This document shows, one piece after another, positions 1 through 11,644 of a stretch of DNA of 32,000 bases. Position 1 is the first letter of the stretch; the number at the start of each line of letters is the position of its first letter. This DNA is from Zygophlyctis sp. KS116 (taxonomy: Eukaryota > Fungi > Chytridiomycota). The stretch lies in the NCBI GenBank assembly GCA_054661495.1, contig BAAFSQ010000098.1, positions 1-32,000 of the forward strand, read 5' to 3'. The notes beneath the pieces are model-generated. The model was given only the letters and a program-made list of their open reading frames with translations, had not been told where the DNA came from and searched no databases. The translations under genes were made by a program, and so were the position numbers.

Positions 1-84
1 TCAGGATCCAGAGACTGCGAACTTCCAGGATCAGAATTGTTCGTGCGCAATAAATGGAGAAAATAAAATTAGAAATTCCTTTTA

Positions 85-399
85 TTAATACACATGCATC
101 AGTCCATAAAACAATGTCCAGAATAAAACAAAGGAGACTAGATTGGGAAAAACATCGTGAATCATTAGTAAAGACAAATTATGAAAGTAAAGTTCTGGTT
201 GTCCATTGATCCGAGTGATCCAAATACTAGCCGATAGCAAGACTGAAGTAGCCAGATAAAACATAAATCCCCATAGTGATTCCAGTCCCAAAATACCTGC
301 ACAGATTCCTGATACGATCGCCATCACTGCTCTCAACCATGCAAGATTATTAAGATTAAATAGAAAAGGCTCTTGAGAAAACATTGGAGTTGCAGTCAT
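85..399 (-). CDS. EMC6: ER membrane protein complex subunit 6
   Basis: Intronless 104-aa ORF with 3 hydrophobic segments. 'SGICAGILGLESLWGFMFY' and C-terminal 'FVLFWTLFYGLMHVY' match the EMC6 family. Confidence 0.93.
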   Translation of the reverse strand: MTATPMFSQEPFLFNLNNLAWLRAVMAIVSGICAGILGLESLWGFMFYLATSVLLSASIWITRINGQPELYFHNLSLLMIHDVFPNLVSFVLFWTLFYGLMHVY

Positions 400-486
400 T
401 TGAAATCGATCGGCAATCAGTTTATGTTAGAACCAAACGCTCGCACTAGACCCACCAGACAATTTAACTGACGACTTATCCGCCAA

Positions 487-3400
487 ATGAAACCGGAAGA
501 GGAAAACTTACTGTATTTGTCAAAGGTAAAGAATCCATCTATATCAGATATATTTGGAAGCGATGGGTTGGAACCGCTCACTCCAATTGACAGACCTTGT
601 TTAATAGCTAATCGTGGAGAAATTAGTATAAGAGTTATTAGATCATGTCATGAATTGGGTTTAAAAGCAATAGCAATCTACTCTTATGAAGATAGATTAT
701 CAATGCATCGATATAAAGCCGATGAGTCTTTTCAAATTGCTCAACGAGGAAGATACTCGCCTGTGGGCGCATATCTTGCTATTGATGATATTATTGATAT
801 TGCTGTAAGAAGAAATGTGGGAGTAATTCATCCTGGATATGGTTTTCTTTCTGAGAATTCAGAATTTGCGAGAAAGGTAGAAGAGGCTGGGATAGCATTT
901 GCAGGTCCTTCTTATAAAGTTATACTGGAATGTGGTGATAAGACTAGAGCTCGTGAATTGGCTTTAAAAGTTGGAGTTCCTGTATGTCCAGGATCAAATG
1001 GTCCAGTAAAGGATTTAGATGATGCTAGAAAGTTTATTGAAGAATATGGGTTTCCTGTTATAATTAAGGCTGCAATGGGTGGTGGTGGAAGAGGAATGCG
1101 TATTGTTAGAAATATGGAAACTCTTGGGCCAATGTTTGAGCGGGCAGTTTCTGAATCTAAGTCTGCATTTGGGGATGGGACGGTTTTTTTAGAAAGATAT
1201 ATTGATAGGCCAAGACATATAGAGGTCCAATTATTGGCGGATAGTTTAGGAAATGTTATTCACTTGTTTGAACGCGATTGTTCAGTTCAAAGAAGATTTC
1301 AGAAAGTGGTAGAAATGGCTCCAGCGCTTAATTTGCCTGGTCATGTAAAGGAAAATATCCTTAATGACGCTGTGAAATTGGCAAAAGCTGTTGGATATCG
1401 CTCTGCTGGGACTGCAGAGTTTTTAGTAGATCAACAAAATCGATACTATTTCATAGAAATCAATCCCAGAATTCAGGTTGAACATACAGTCACGGAAGAA
1501 GTTACTGGTATTGATATCGTGTCTGCACAGATACAAATAGCCATGGGAGCTTCTCTAAAAGATTTGGGATTAATACAAGAAAATATATCGATTAGAGGAT
1601 ATACAATTCAATGTAGAGTTACCACAGAAGACCCATACAAGAATTTTCAACCAGATACTGGACGCATTGAGGTATATCGATCTTGTGCGGGTCATGGTGT
1701 TAGACTGGATGGTGGTCCTGGATTTTCTGGGGCGATCATATCTCCTCACTATGACTCACTGCTTGTAAAGTGTACAGTTAGTGGTCGTAGTTTCGACTTG
1801 ACTCGAAGAAAAATGCTACGGGCACTATCAGAATTCAGAGGTAAGTCATTGATTGGTTTAATGTTAGTGCGGGGTCTAAAAACTAATATCCCTTTTCTAA
1901 TAGGCTTATTACGACATCCGATCTTCCTTGAAGGCGGGAAGGTTTGGACTACATTTATTGATGATACTCCTGAACTGCTTCATGAATTCCCCTCCAAAAA
2001 CAGAGGGCAGAAAATTCTTCGATATTTGGGAGATCTTGCCGTTAATGGACCAAGAGTGAAGGGTCAAAAGGTATTTATGACATTATAAAATATACTAGGG
2101 ACTTCCCCAACTTCAAGCATCTGCTATTATTCCCTCTATCCCCAATATACCTGATAGTATAAGTTCTCGACCATGTCAGACAGGTTGGCGTACCATTCTT
2201 CTTCAAAAAGGACCGCAGGTATTAAATATCTAATATTTATCTGATAATTCAGGAATTCGCCAAAGCTATTCGAAATCACCCTACTGCACTAATAATGGAT
2301 ACAACATGGAGGGATGCGCATCAATCTCTGCTGGCAACAAGAGTTCGAACAATTGATATGGCAAATATAGCGACAACTACCTCGCATATTCTGAAGGATG
2401 CATTCGCGCTGGAATGCTGGGGTGGAGGTACGATGATATTTTTAAAAATGAAGCAACTTTTGATGTTTCAATGCGATTTTTATGGGAATGTCCATGGGAG
2501 AGATTGAAAACTTTAAGAGATCTAGTTCCAAATATTCCTTTCAGCATGCTTCTTCGGGGAGCAAATGCTGTCGGGTACTTGCTTTATTAGGGATTAATGA
2601 AATAGCTATACATCATATCCCGATAATGTGGTCTATGAATTTTGTAAGAAGGCGGTTGCTTGTGGAGTTGATGTATTTCGGGTTTTTGACTCATTGAATT
2701 ATGATGAAAATCTGATCCTTGGTATAGATGCGGTTGTCAAGGCTGGCGGTGTAGCAGAGGGGACCATATCTTACACTGGTGATGTCTCTGATCCTGCAAG
2801 AAAGAGATATGATATTAGCTATTATCTAAATTTAACCGATAAATTAGTCAAAGCAGGTATTCATATTCTTGGAATTAAGGATATGGCTGGATTATTGAAG
2901 CCTCAAGCAGCAAAAATTTTAATTTCTACTATAAGAAAGCGATATCCTGATTTGGTAATTCACGTCCATACTCATGATACTGCTGGAACAGGTGTGGCGA
3001 GCATGCTTGCAGCTGTTAAAGCAGGTGCTGATGTTGTAGATCTAGCCATCGACTCAATGTCAGGATTAACATCACAACCTTCGTTGGGTGCATTTGTCGC
3101 TGGATTACAAGGGACCGATTTGGATACGAAACTTGATATGGATCAATTACAGGTTTTGAATAGCTATTGGGAACAAATGAGACTTTTGTATTCGTGCTTT
3201 GATCCTGGAATTAAATCTGGTGACTCTGGAGTATATGTCCACGAGATGCCTGGCGGACAATATACAAATCTACTGTTCCAGAGTCAATCTTTAGGTCTGG
3301 GCTCAAGGTGGATTGGTACGTTTCATCGTATATATAACTTTCAGAAGTTAAAAATGCTTACGCAGCTGCTAACAAAATATGCGGGGATATTGTGAAAGTC

Positions 3401-4326
3401 ACTCCATCTTCCAAAGTCGTAGGTGATCTTGCTCAATTTATGGTGGCTCAAAAATTAACGGAAGAAGATGTTTACGCACATGCAGAGAACCTATCATTTC
3501 CAAATTCTGTTTTAGAATACTTTCAAGGGTATCTGGGTCAACCTCCGTACGGCTTTCCTGAACCGCTTCGAACTCGAATCCTCCAATCTAAAAAGCTTAG
3601 TAAAATTGTTGGTAATTATAATTGATCCCACTAAAAATAGGACGCCCTGGTGCTACTATGGACCCTCTTGATATGGGTAGCTTGAGAATAAGTCTTCAGG
3701 AAAAATATGAGAAGTTTTCAATCAGTGAATATGATGTTCTTAGTGCTGCTCTTTATCCTAAAGTAATATTTTTTTATTAAAAGACAGGTTTTCGAAGATT
3801 ATCGGAAATTCAAGGACCAGTACGGCAATTTAAGCTCCTTGCCAACATTGCAATTCCTGAAACCTTTAAAGGTTGGCGAAGAATTTTGCTTTGAACTGGA
3901 AGCTGGAAAAACTCTCATCATTAGCTTAATTGCAATTGGTCCGCTTAATGAACAAACCGGTCACAGAGATGTATTTTTTAACTTGAATGGCGAAGCTCGA
4001 GTCGTGTCGATAATTGATGAAGTAGAGAAACAAACTAATGATAATTCCGCTTCAGCAGCCAGAACAAAGGTTAATCCTGAGGACAAATCTGAAATCGGTG
4101 TAATTTTCCTTGTTTTTTATTGTAGGCCCCAATGTCAGGAATAATTGTTGACTTAAGAGCCAAGGAAGGTTCTCCAGTAAAAATTGGTGATCCTATTGCT
4201 GTAATGTCTGCCATGAAGATGGAAACCGTCATTAATTCGACCTGTGATGGGATAATTGAGAAAGTATACGTCAAAGCCGATGAATCGCTCAATGCAGGAG
4301 ATATGATTGCTAAAATAAAAACGTAG
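487..4326 (+). CDS. PYC: Pyruvate carboxylase (10 exons)
   Basis: Biotin carboxylase motifs ([34 protein letters not shown]), carboxyltransferase motifs ([32 protein letters not shown]) and the AMKM biotin site. Frame is restored by GT-AG introns at 1841-1867, 2071-2098, 2219-2252, 2428-2453, 2575-2605, 3316-3344, 3612-3640, 3763-3787 and 4100-4125. Confidence 0.97.
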
Positions 4327-4354
4327 CGGATCTAAAAAAATATGTTTTAGTACT

Positions 4355-6344
4355 TTAAGTTAATGTTGTTTCGCTTTCTGATCTCTGAGCTACACATTTA
4401 GAGGCTGATTCATGAGGATTCAAAGCACTGAATTCGTTTATCAAGTCTAGCATTGCATTTTTTTGATATGATGAGTCCATAGTAAGGCTGCCAAGACTTT
4501 TAAACATATCTTGCGATAGCTGCGCACTAGCAATAGTTTCTTGAAATTGTTTCAGGTACCAAGTCCGCATTATGTATTTAGTTTTTGCGGCAAGCTTTTT
4601 CTTGATGGATACCTTCGATATTGTATCAGCACTTTCTTCATCAGAGCTATAAGCCGCATCCTCAATATCTTGATCCATATCTTCAATCTGCTTACCCGTG
4701 GAATTCAAGAAAATCTTTAAATATATCTCGAATCCAGCAAATGAATTAGCAAATGCTAAATATTCATTCGGAGCTTGAAGATCTCCAACTCTGAAGATAT
4801 TCAGTATAGAATCAATCGCCAGTAGTTCAGAGTTTTCGTCACCTTGAATCACATACAAATATTGAAGTAAAGCCATAACAACATTATTGTCAGTCAATTT
4901 CTTTGTAATATACCAATCTCTAAAAGACATGCAGTTTCTTACAAATACACAAGCCTCCTTTTGAAGATCTTGATCTGAATGATCATCTAAAATCTTAATA
5001 ATTTGATTAACCAATGGTGTTTCAATTATCACCTTGGCAAAGTGAATATGCGCAGACAAATTAGCCAAAATTTGTATGCAGAATATCTCCAGAGAGGCAC
5101 GACAACTGGAAGGTATTTTATGATATGTAAGAATTAGATCTATTTCAGAAAGTATGCCAGCCGAAACAATGTACTAAAGATTCATTTAAAATAAAAATAC
5201 ATCAAGATGAATTGGATTTTTGGAAGAAGACAAATTGATCATTGCTCTTAAAATAGGATGAGTCGTCATCATATTATTTCTCCTATTTTTGTAAATTAGA
5301 AAAAGTTACGATAATATTTGAACTAATCTGAAACACAGTTCAGGAGATATCATTGCGTCTATCAAATTATTACGTCCTGCCGCATGAAAAATCCTTGCTA
5401 CTGCCCAACAGCATTCTTTCAGCAAAAGAGGATCATCGTGATTCAAGAAATTCGGAATTGCCTTAAGGGCAGGATCCATAAGATGCCAATCTGGTCTGTA
5501 TCTACACATATTGTCAACCACCCACATTGAAATTCTAAAAGCTTCCTTACGAGCACTTTCATCACTAAATTCTCCCTGCCATATTCGTAAAATAGCAGAA
5601 AGAGAACAGTTTTGCAATACGATATCTCGATAGCCTTCCCTGTCGCCTACAATATTACCAACAGTCCAGGCAGCCTCAAAATGAGTTACTCAAGATCATA
5701 CCTGAGTTCTGATATTTCCAGAAGGATGAACAAGAAGATTGTTAAGAGATGCTAGAAAATCTGCTTTAACTATTGCCGTTGTGTGAGCAGTCGGGCCAGC
5801 TTTAAGTTAGATCAAACATTAATTACCAGCAATGTTTGTCACAATCCAGAGTGTCTCAAACTATGATTTTAGAATAAACTGATCCTTACAATCAAATTTT
5901 CTGGATAACTAGCATTTAGAAACGAACGTAATTGACTGAGAATCTGCCACGTCAGCAAATGTTGGACATGAAGTTCGCTATTTTCTAACCATTAATATAA
6001 ACCAATAAGCAACCTCCACAAACATATTTTCTAATTTTCTTTATAGCCCAAAAGTTTTGCTCATGATTATTGACATATAGAGCCTGTACCCATTGACTCT
6101 CATCTATTCCCAGTCCCTAATTATTAAACCACGGTATCAATCAAACCTTTTCTTCCTGATGCTCTAATTTAATCGCTCTAGTTTTACTGATTAGAGGGGC
6201 GAGAGACTCATCTTCCTTTGAATCTGCTAAACGCCGGCGTGGTTTTATCTTTGAATCATCCAATCCGTCTTGAGAGAACTTGATCTCATTAATTTGGACA
6301 CTGCTCAGGCATGATGGATCTGTCAAAAAACTAATCTCTTCCAT
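4355..6344 (-). CDS. Divergent importin-alpha-like armadillo repeat protein (8 exons)
   Basis: Spliced product contains 'FETLWIVTNIAAGPTAHTTAIV' and 'QAAWTVGNIVGDREGYRDIVL', the WxxxN ARM motifs of importin alpha. Seven introns of 27-30 nt (e.g. 6117-6146, 5675-5701, 5283-5309) join the ORF-track fragments. Confidence 0.8.
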
Positions 6345-6359
6345 TTAAAGTCAAGTTAG

Positions 6360-6367
6360 TGACGTCA
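6360..6367. promoter_or_regulatory. CRE/ATF-type palindrome TGACGTCA
   Basis: Perfect TGACGTCA in the 37-nt intergenic gap, 15 nt upstream of the ATG at 6344. Confidence 0.4.
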
Positions 6368-6381
6368 AATCAATCAAAAAA

Positions 6382-7110
6382 TCACGTCTGCTTTTCAGTT
6401 TCGGACACATTATTTAGCATTGAATGAATGGCTTCTGGTGATGGAGATTGCAAATTGTCCATCTTGCTCCAATCTATATTTGGAAATCCATTCTGCAAAG
6501 CCGATAAAATACTAGGGGATTTAATAGAATCCGAATCAAACAGATATGAGAATGATTCTCGGTGATTATTTGGATTATCAATTGCAGGCTTTTCTGGAGT
6601 TATACTTACATGCTGTTGAGCAGTAGTAGCAAGTGCAAGTAATTCTAGAGGTGATATGTTATATGGAGATTGGACAGATGATTCAGTAGGAGATGATTTT
6701 GGCGAGGTTTTAAGCTTACGAACCACTCTCTTCTTCTTAATGTTAGGAGGAGCTGGATTGCTCTTTCTATTCTTTAGTCTCTGCTGAAGAAGCATCATTG
6801 ATTGCTTTTTTTGAAGACTTTCCAAATCTTGTTGACTTTGAATATCCGCTTGAGATGTTTGTCGGACTTGATGTTGACCTAATGTAGATAAAGCATTCAT
6901 AGTCATAATCTGAGCAAGTGCTACTACAAGATTCATATCTACTGAATTTGTAGGATATGAGGCTGGGAATGGCAACATTGGAAGTCCTTGAGGAGTTAAC
7001 AATCCAGTCCAATCAGAAGCCGACTTTTCATTCGATGAAAGAATTGGTGAGACATATGGTCTTTTATCATTTGAAGGCTCTTGATCAATCCCCTTTTTAG
7101 CTTTTGGCAT
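6382..7110 (-). CDS. Hypothetical low-complexity (Q/S/P-rich) protein with basic NLS-like patch
   Basis: 242-aa ATG-initiated intronless ORF that fills the space between two neighbours. Contains 'NIKKKRVVRKLK'. No family recognised. Confidence 0.65.
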   Translation of the reverse strand: MPKAKKGIDQEPSNDKRPYVSPILSSNEKSASDWTGLLTPQGLPMLPFPASYPTNSVDMNLVVALAQIMTMNALSTLGQHQVRQTSQADIQSQQDLESLQKKQSMMLLQQRLKNRKSNPAPPNIKKKRVVRKLKTSPKSSPTESSVQSPYNISPLELLALATTAQQHVSITPEKPAIDNPNNHRESFSYLFDSDSIKSPSILSALQNGFPNIDWSKMDNLQSPSPEAIHSMLNNVSETEKQT

Positions 7111-7157
7111 TTATAAATAAATCCGGGATTACGTCAACAATTGATCATTTTGAGTTT

Positions 7158-8097
7158 CTATTTCGGTAACAATACAATTTCATCCTTATTCATACGATCT
7201 AAAATTGGTCTTTCCCATAAATTAACCGCAGTATTTGCAACAGCATCAGGATCAATATGTTTTGTAATATTTAATACTAAATCATCAAAGTCTTGCTGCA
7301 CTGTAATCTTTAAAATTTTCCTTTTCACCGACAATAATAAAGAAAGTCCGACATATCCTAGAATCGCATCTTCTCCGGCAATCACAATATCCCAAATCCC
7401 TTCTAAAGTTCCATATGGAAGTACATTTGAAAAGAATGCAGCAAACCACCTATTGTTTAAAATTTAACATAATTCCATACCATGAACACTTTTGCAATTT
7501 AAAACCTTCCAGATGTATATACATTACATAATCATGAACTTTTAAAAGTTCAGCCATGAAGTCTATTTTATTTGAAATAAAATAAGAATCTTGATCAACA
7601 TCTAATGGAACAGAGCATTGTTGTATAAACCCCCTAAATAGTATAAAAGCTTCGGTCATGCCTTGTATAGAAATATCCTGAAATGCTTTAGATAACGAAA
7701 TCAGATGATCTGGACACTTTTTCTGAATTTGATTAAGAAATTCAATTGGCGAGATCGTATCTAAAGATTGCACGCACAATAAAACCCCTCTGGTTAATAA
7801 TTCATCGTCTGAAATATCAGTTTCACAAATCCTTTTAATACAATTTAAAATCTGATGAATCTCATCATGTTGATTCTCCTGAGCAAATTCCCACATTTTC
7901 TTAAGCGTCGGCCAACATTTTAACAAAACTTTCCAAACCAATGGTCTATAAGAATGAGGAATCCGAACCCATAAACATAATTTCTGAAATTTAGAGATAT
8001 TCAACGGCTCTTCATTTAATGCAATCGTAAGAGAAGATTGTACTTCGACCGATTTAACCCCCAAAGTAGAATAATAATTCTTTCTAAAATTATCCAT
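7158..8097 (-). CDS. TBC1D7: TBC1 domain family member 7 (TSC complex subunit)
   Basis: 'MDNFRKNYYSTLGVKSVE...IPHSYRPLVWKVLL' parallels the TBC1D7 N-terminus. After intron 7450-7480 (31 nt) it reads 'WWFAAFFSNVLPYGTLEGIWDIVIAG'. The ORF stays open upstream to ATG 8232, so the start is uncertain. Confidence 0.85.
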
Positions 8098-8268
8098 TAC
8101 TATACAATTTCTTGATCTTTGTTGAACCGTCGAACCGTTACCACTTACACCCTCAGAGCAATGTCTTTCAATAGTGTTTGATTGTACAAGATACAGAAGC
8201 GTATCCAATGATTCATTTAATAAACTCATCATCTAATAGTATTAAATATAATTTCTTAGAAAATGCAT

Positions 8269-8709
8269 TTATTTCTTTAGATTTGGTGTCCATGATTCAG
8301 GAGTGAAATCAGTCTTTGGTAATGCAGAATGTTTCTTGTCCAATTCCAACTTTTTGACATTTTCCTGAATTCGCTGATATGCTTCTTGAGCCATTATCAA
8401 TTCCTAACGTTAATACAATCATAATACTTGTTGAGTCGGAGGTTCAGATCGGGTATGACTTAACCAAGATCGCCATTGAACAGGCAAATCGGTTTCTGAA
8501 TACTCAAATGCCTTTTTGTTACCGTCGACGTATTCAACCTTTCGCTTATAATAACTGCCGACCAGATCTAACATTAAACACATGTAAGTATTACCTTTAG
8601 ACTCAAAATAACAATTTCCTTGAAGATCAGATCCGATATACTTGTAGTCTGAAGGGATCCAATTCTTCTTCTTAAGAAAGATTAATCCGCTGTTCAAAAG
8701 TCTAAACAT
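8269..8709 (-). CDS. NDUFAF2: NDUFA12/NDUFAF2 (mimitin) family complex I assembly factor
   Basis: 'IGSDLQGNCYFE', 'LPVQWRSWLSHTRSEPPT' and C-terminal 'FTPESWTP'. Introns at 8568-8594 (27 nt) and 8404-8427 (24 nt). Confidence 0.8.
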
Positions 8710-8766
8710 TCACAACAGAAGTACTTGTGGCCGTAAAAACTTCCGGAAAGGTTCCGAATAGATAGG

Positions 8767-11101
8767 ATGGATGATCAGTTGGCTAAAAAAAAGTAATTAA
8801 TAATACATTAATAATTATAGGAAAATCATTCCTGGAGATGTAGTATTGCATCCATCGGATTCAGCAATCATTATCAATTATACAATGCGCATGTATAATT
8901 CACAAAATGATTTAGATCAAGAGTCGAATCATCAGAAAATGTAATTACAAACTATTAATGGAAAGAATTAGAATCAAGATTTCTCAAAAATCAAATATTA
9001 AACAATTGGCGTCTGAAATTGTTGAAAAATGTAAATTACTAGGCGCAAATCGGACTTTAAAAGTACAAGAATTGTTACAATGTCTATTAAAGCGTAAGAT
9101 GGAACCAGGTTATGAGTCAAGGCAATCATTAAATAAGGATGAGAACTCAGATTATTTAATCGGAGCAAGGGAGGCTGTTGATTTTATAGTGCCACCAAGT
9201 ATGGATTTTATTGAGGAATATATTGAAAGTCTTTATGAAGGAATTAAAGAAAAGTTGATTGCTACAAGAAAGATTTTATATTTGGCAAAAATTCCAGAGA
9301 ATATGGAAACTTTATTGAAAAATGGTAATTTGTAAACTTAATCAATTTAGAGTCATTAATGTCGGCATTAACAAGAGTGTTACGTGAAGATACAAAGAGA
9401 AGTTTAGAGTTGATTACAAACATTATCTTTATTTTTTTCTGTTTTTCAACTTTTTCAGATTTTCATTCACTAATCACTGCAAATAAATTGGGGGATATGT
9501 GTTTGAAAATTATTGATCAAGAAAAGATGCGATGGAGTTTATGGAAAGATGATTTTGAAAAAAGTATGTCTGGAAAAGGATCAAGTCAAGATTTAGATAT
9601 AAACCAAGCAAAATTTAAGAGTCGATTGAAACGACAAGATCAGCTTTTGTTTTGTAAATTTAAAGTTCCATTAATACTAGTGACATTTAATTTGCTCTTA
9701 AATTTGGCAGAAGATTTGACGCTTGAAGTTAAAATGATTAAAAGAGGAATCATTCCGAGTTTGATGATGATGCTGGATCGCCCTTCTTCGGAATTACTTT
9801 TATGCGTAGTTACATTTTTAAAGAAATTAAGTGTTTTTGAAGAAAACAAGAATGAAATGCTAAAGGTATTTCAAACGCAAGAATTAATAATTAGGATGAA
9901 ACGTTTATTGAGCGTTTAATTTCTCTTGTTCCAAGTGACAATGATGATCTTCATGAACTTACTTTTAGGCTTATTTTAAATCTAAGCCATGATGTAAAAG
10001 TTCGGAGTCTTCTTGTCAAGAATTTATTTCTTGGGAAACTTCATGCATTTTTCGAGCATGATCCTCTTTCTGAAATTGTTCTATCTCTTTTATATCAAGT
10101 TAGCATTGATGAAAAAAACAGAAATAACCTTGCGTTTCAAGAATGTATTCCTTCAGTAAGACTTTTAAATTGTAATGTAGTAGCTAGTAAATATTTTGCT
10201 AAAGACAGAATTTAATCCTGTTCCGATTGCACATGTCGCACTGTTAATTAACTTGGCTTCGATTCCTACAAATGTAAAACTCATTTGTAAAGACAATCAA
10301 TTAAAATACATTTGTAAAAGAGCTATTAAAACCAGTGATTACACTCTCTTAAAACTGCTAAGAGTCTTATCTATTCACGATGATATAAAAATGCAATTCT
10401 TGGTATTATACTTTTTCTAACTCTAAGGATTATATTGATGACTTTTTAGCCATAATAACGAAAACCAAAAACACTCAAATGACTATCGAATGTCTTGGAA
10501 TACTATGTAACATTGGAACCATTCCAAACTTTGATTTTACAAAGTGTATCAAAAGCTATCAAATCATGCCATTCTTAATTTCCACATTGTCAAAATCAAG
10601 TGAATCTACATCACTAAATGAAAATGATGATTTACTACTTGAAGTAATTGTATTGATTGGTAACATGTTGAATGATCCTAATGTTATTCCAATCCTACTA
10701 GACAGTGGAATCCCAAAACTCATTGTTAACTTGCTATTATGTAAATTATTAAAATTATAATCAAAATAGCCAAAGAGGAAGATGATGAAATAATTCTTCA
10801 ACTTTTATATTGCATCAATAGACTCTTGTATAATGAAATCTGCAGAGAAATATTATTATCTAGCACAGGTAATTTATTAAATTCTTAAAACTAGACTTGA
10901 TTACTTATTTAATTGATCTCCATAATGATGAATGCTCCCCAATCAGATCCCTTTCAGAAAATTGCCTAGATCTTATAATGGTAAAACTTAAAAATCTAAC
11001 CAAAGGACTCTTCCCCCCAAAACACACTACTAATCAGACAAATGAAATTCCAAAATCACAATCTAAAATGGCTTGAAGCAGTTTCTAACATTGAGGTTTA
11101 A
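8767..11101 (+). CDS. KAP3: Kinesin-associated protein 3 (kinesin-II non-motor subunit, IFT) (11 exons)
   Basis: 'EEYIESLYE', 'ALTRVLRED', 'LLLNLAED..LEVKM', 'VTFLKKLSVFEENKNEM', 'KEEDDEIILQ' and C-terminal 'KFQNHNLKWLEAV'. Ten introns of 25-29 nt: 8793-8820, 8941-8965, 9325-9350, 9654-9680, 9866-9894, 10156-10183, 10403-10427, 10741-10769, 10869-10894, 10981-11005. Confidence 0.93.
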
Positions 11102-11540
11102 TTGGAACAAAACTTAATTGTGAAGCGATTGGCAATTTAATTTTTCCAATTTCCTCAATAGTCTTCCAATTAGAATCATTAATTTCTGATCTTGGTATAA
11201 AATAAACCTCTTCTGACCAAGGCTGCGATACACTTACTAATAAAGATTGATTACAATTTAAGAATGTTAAAATTGGAAAATGCTGAAAGAGAGTCGACGG
11301 TTCAGAATTCTTATTAATAATCACAATTCCATGCATTGATCTAGACTGCAACAGATCAGTAACACTTGATAGTCCCTTGATAGTACTAGATCTTACTAGA
11401 TCTGATAAGACTGACAATACCGATGCATCATTGATAATAGTCCAATCATATTTGTAGGGATGATGTAATGAAAACTTCATTCTAAAGTAAAATTTGTAAG
11501 CACTTGGAATCTCTATTTTACATATGCTTGATGCATTCAT
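11085..11540 (-). CDS. Hypothetical protein, probably the C-terminal exon of the upstream secreted-protein gene
   Basis: 151-aa ORF that can be joined in frame to upstream sequence through a GT-AG intron at 11560-11594. No family recognised. Confidence 0.5.
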   Translation of the reverse strand: MNASSICKIEIPSAYKFYFRMKFSLHHPYKYDWTIINDASVLSVLSDLVRSSTIKGLSSVTDLLQSRSMHGIVIINKNSEPSTLFQHFPILTFLNCNQSLLVSVSQPWSEEVYFIPRSEINDSNWKTIEEIGKIKLPIASQLSFVPIKPQC

Positions 11541-11644
11541 CTCCTGTAATAAATAATATCTACAATTAACATTGACAGATAATAAAATGTTTACAATAGT
11601 ATATTTTCACGAATTCTTAACTGATCTTTGTCATTTTTATGACT

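Noticed and set aside
487-4326. Fragmented ORFs suggesting pseudogenes, frameshifting or an alternative genetic code
   Set aside because: Every break is explained by a short GT-AG intron that restores conserved motifs under the standard code.
8727-8740. RFX X-box upstream of KAP3 (gtggccgtaaaaac)
   Set aside because: It deviates from the GTTGCCATGGCAAC consensus at several core positions, so it cannot be supported.
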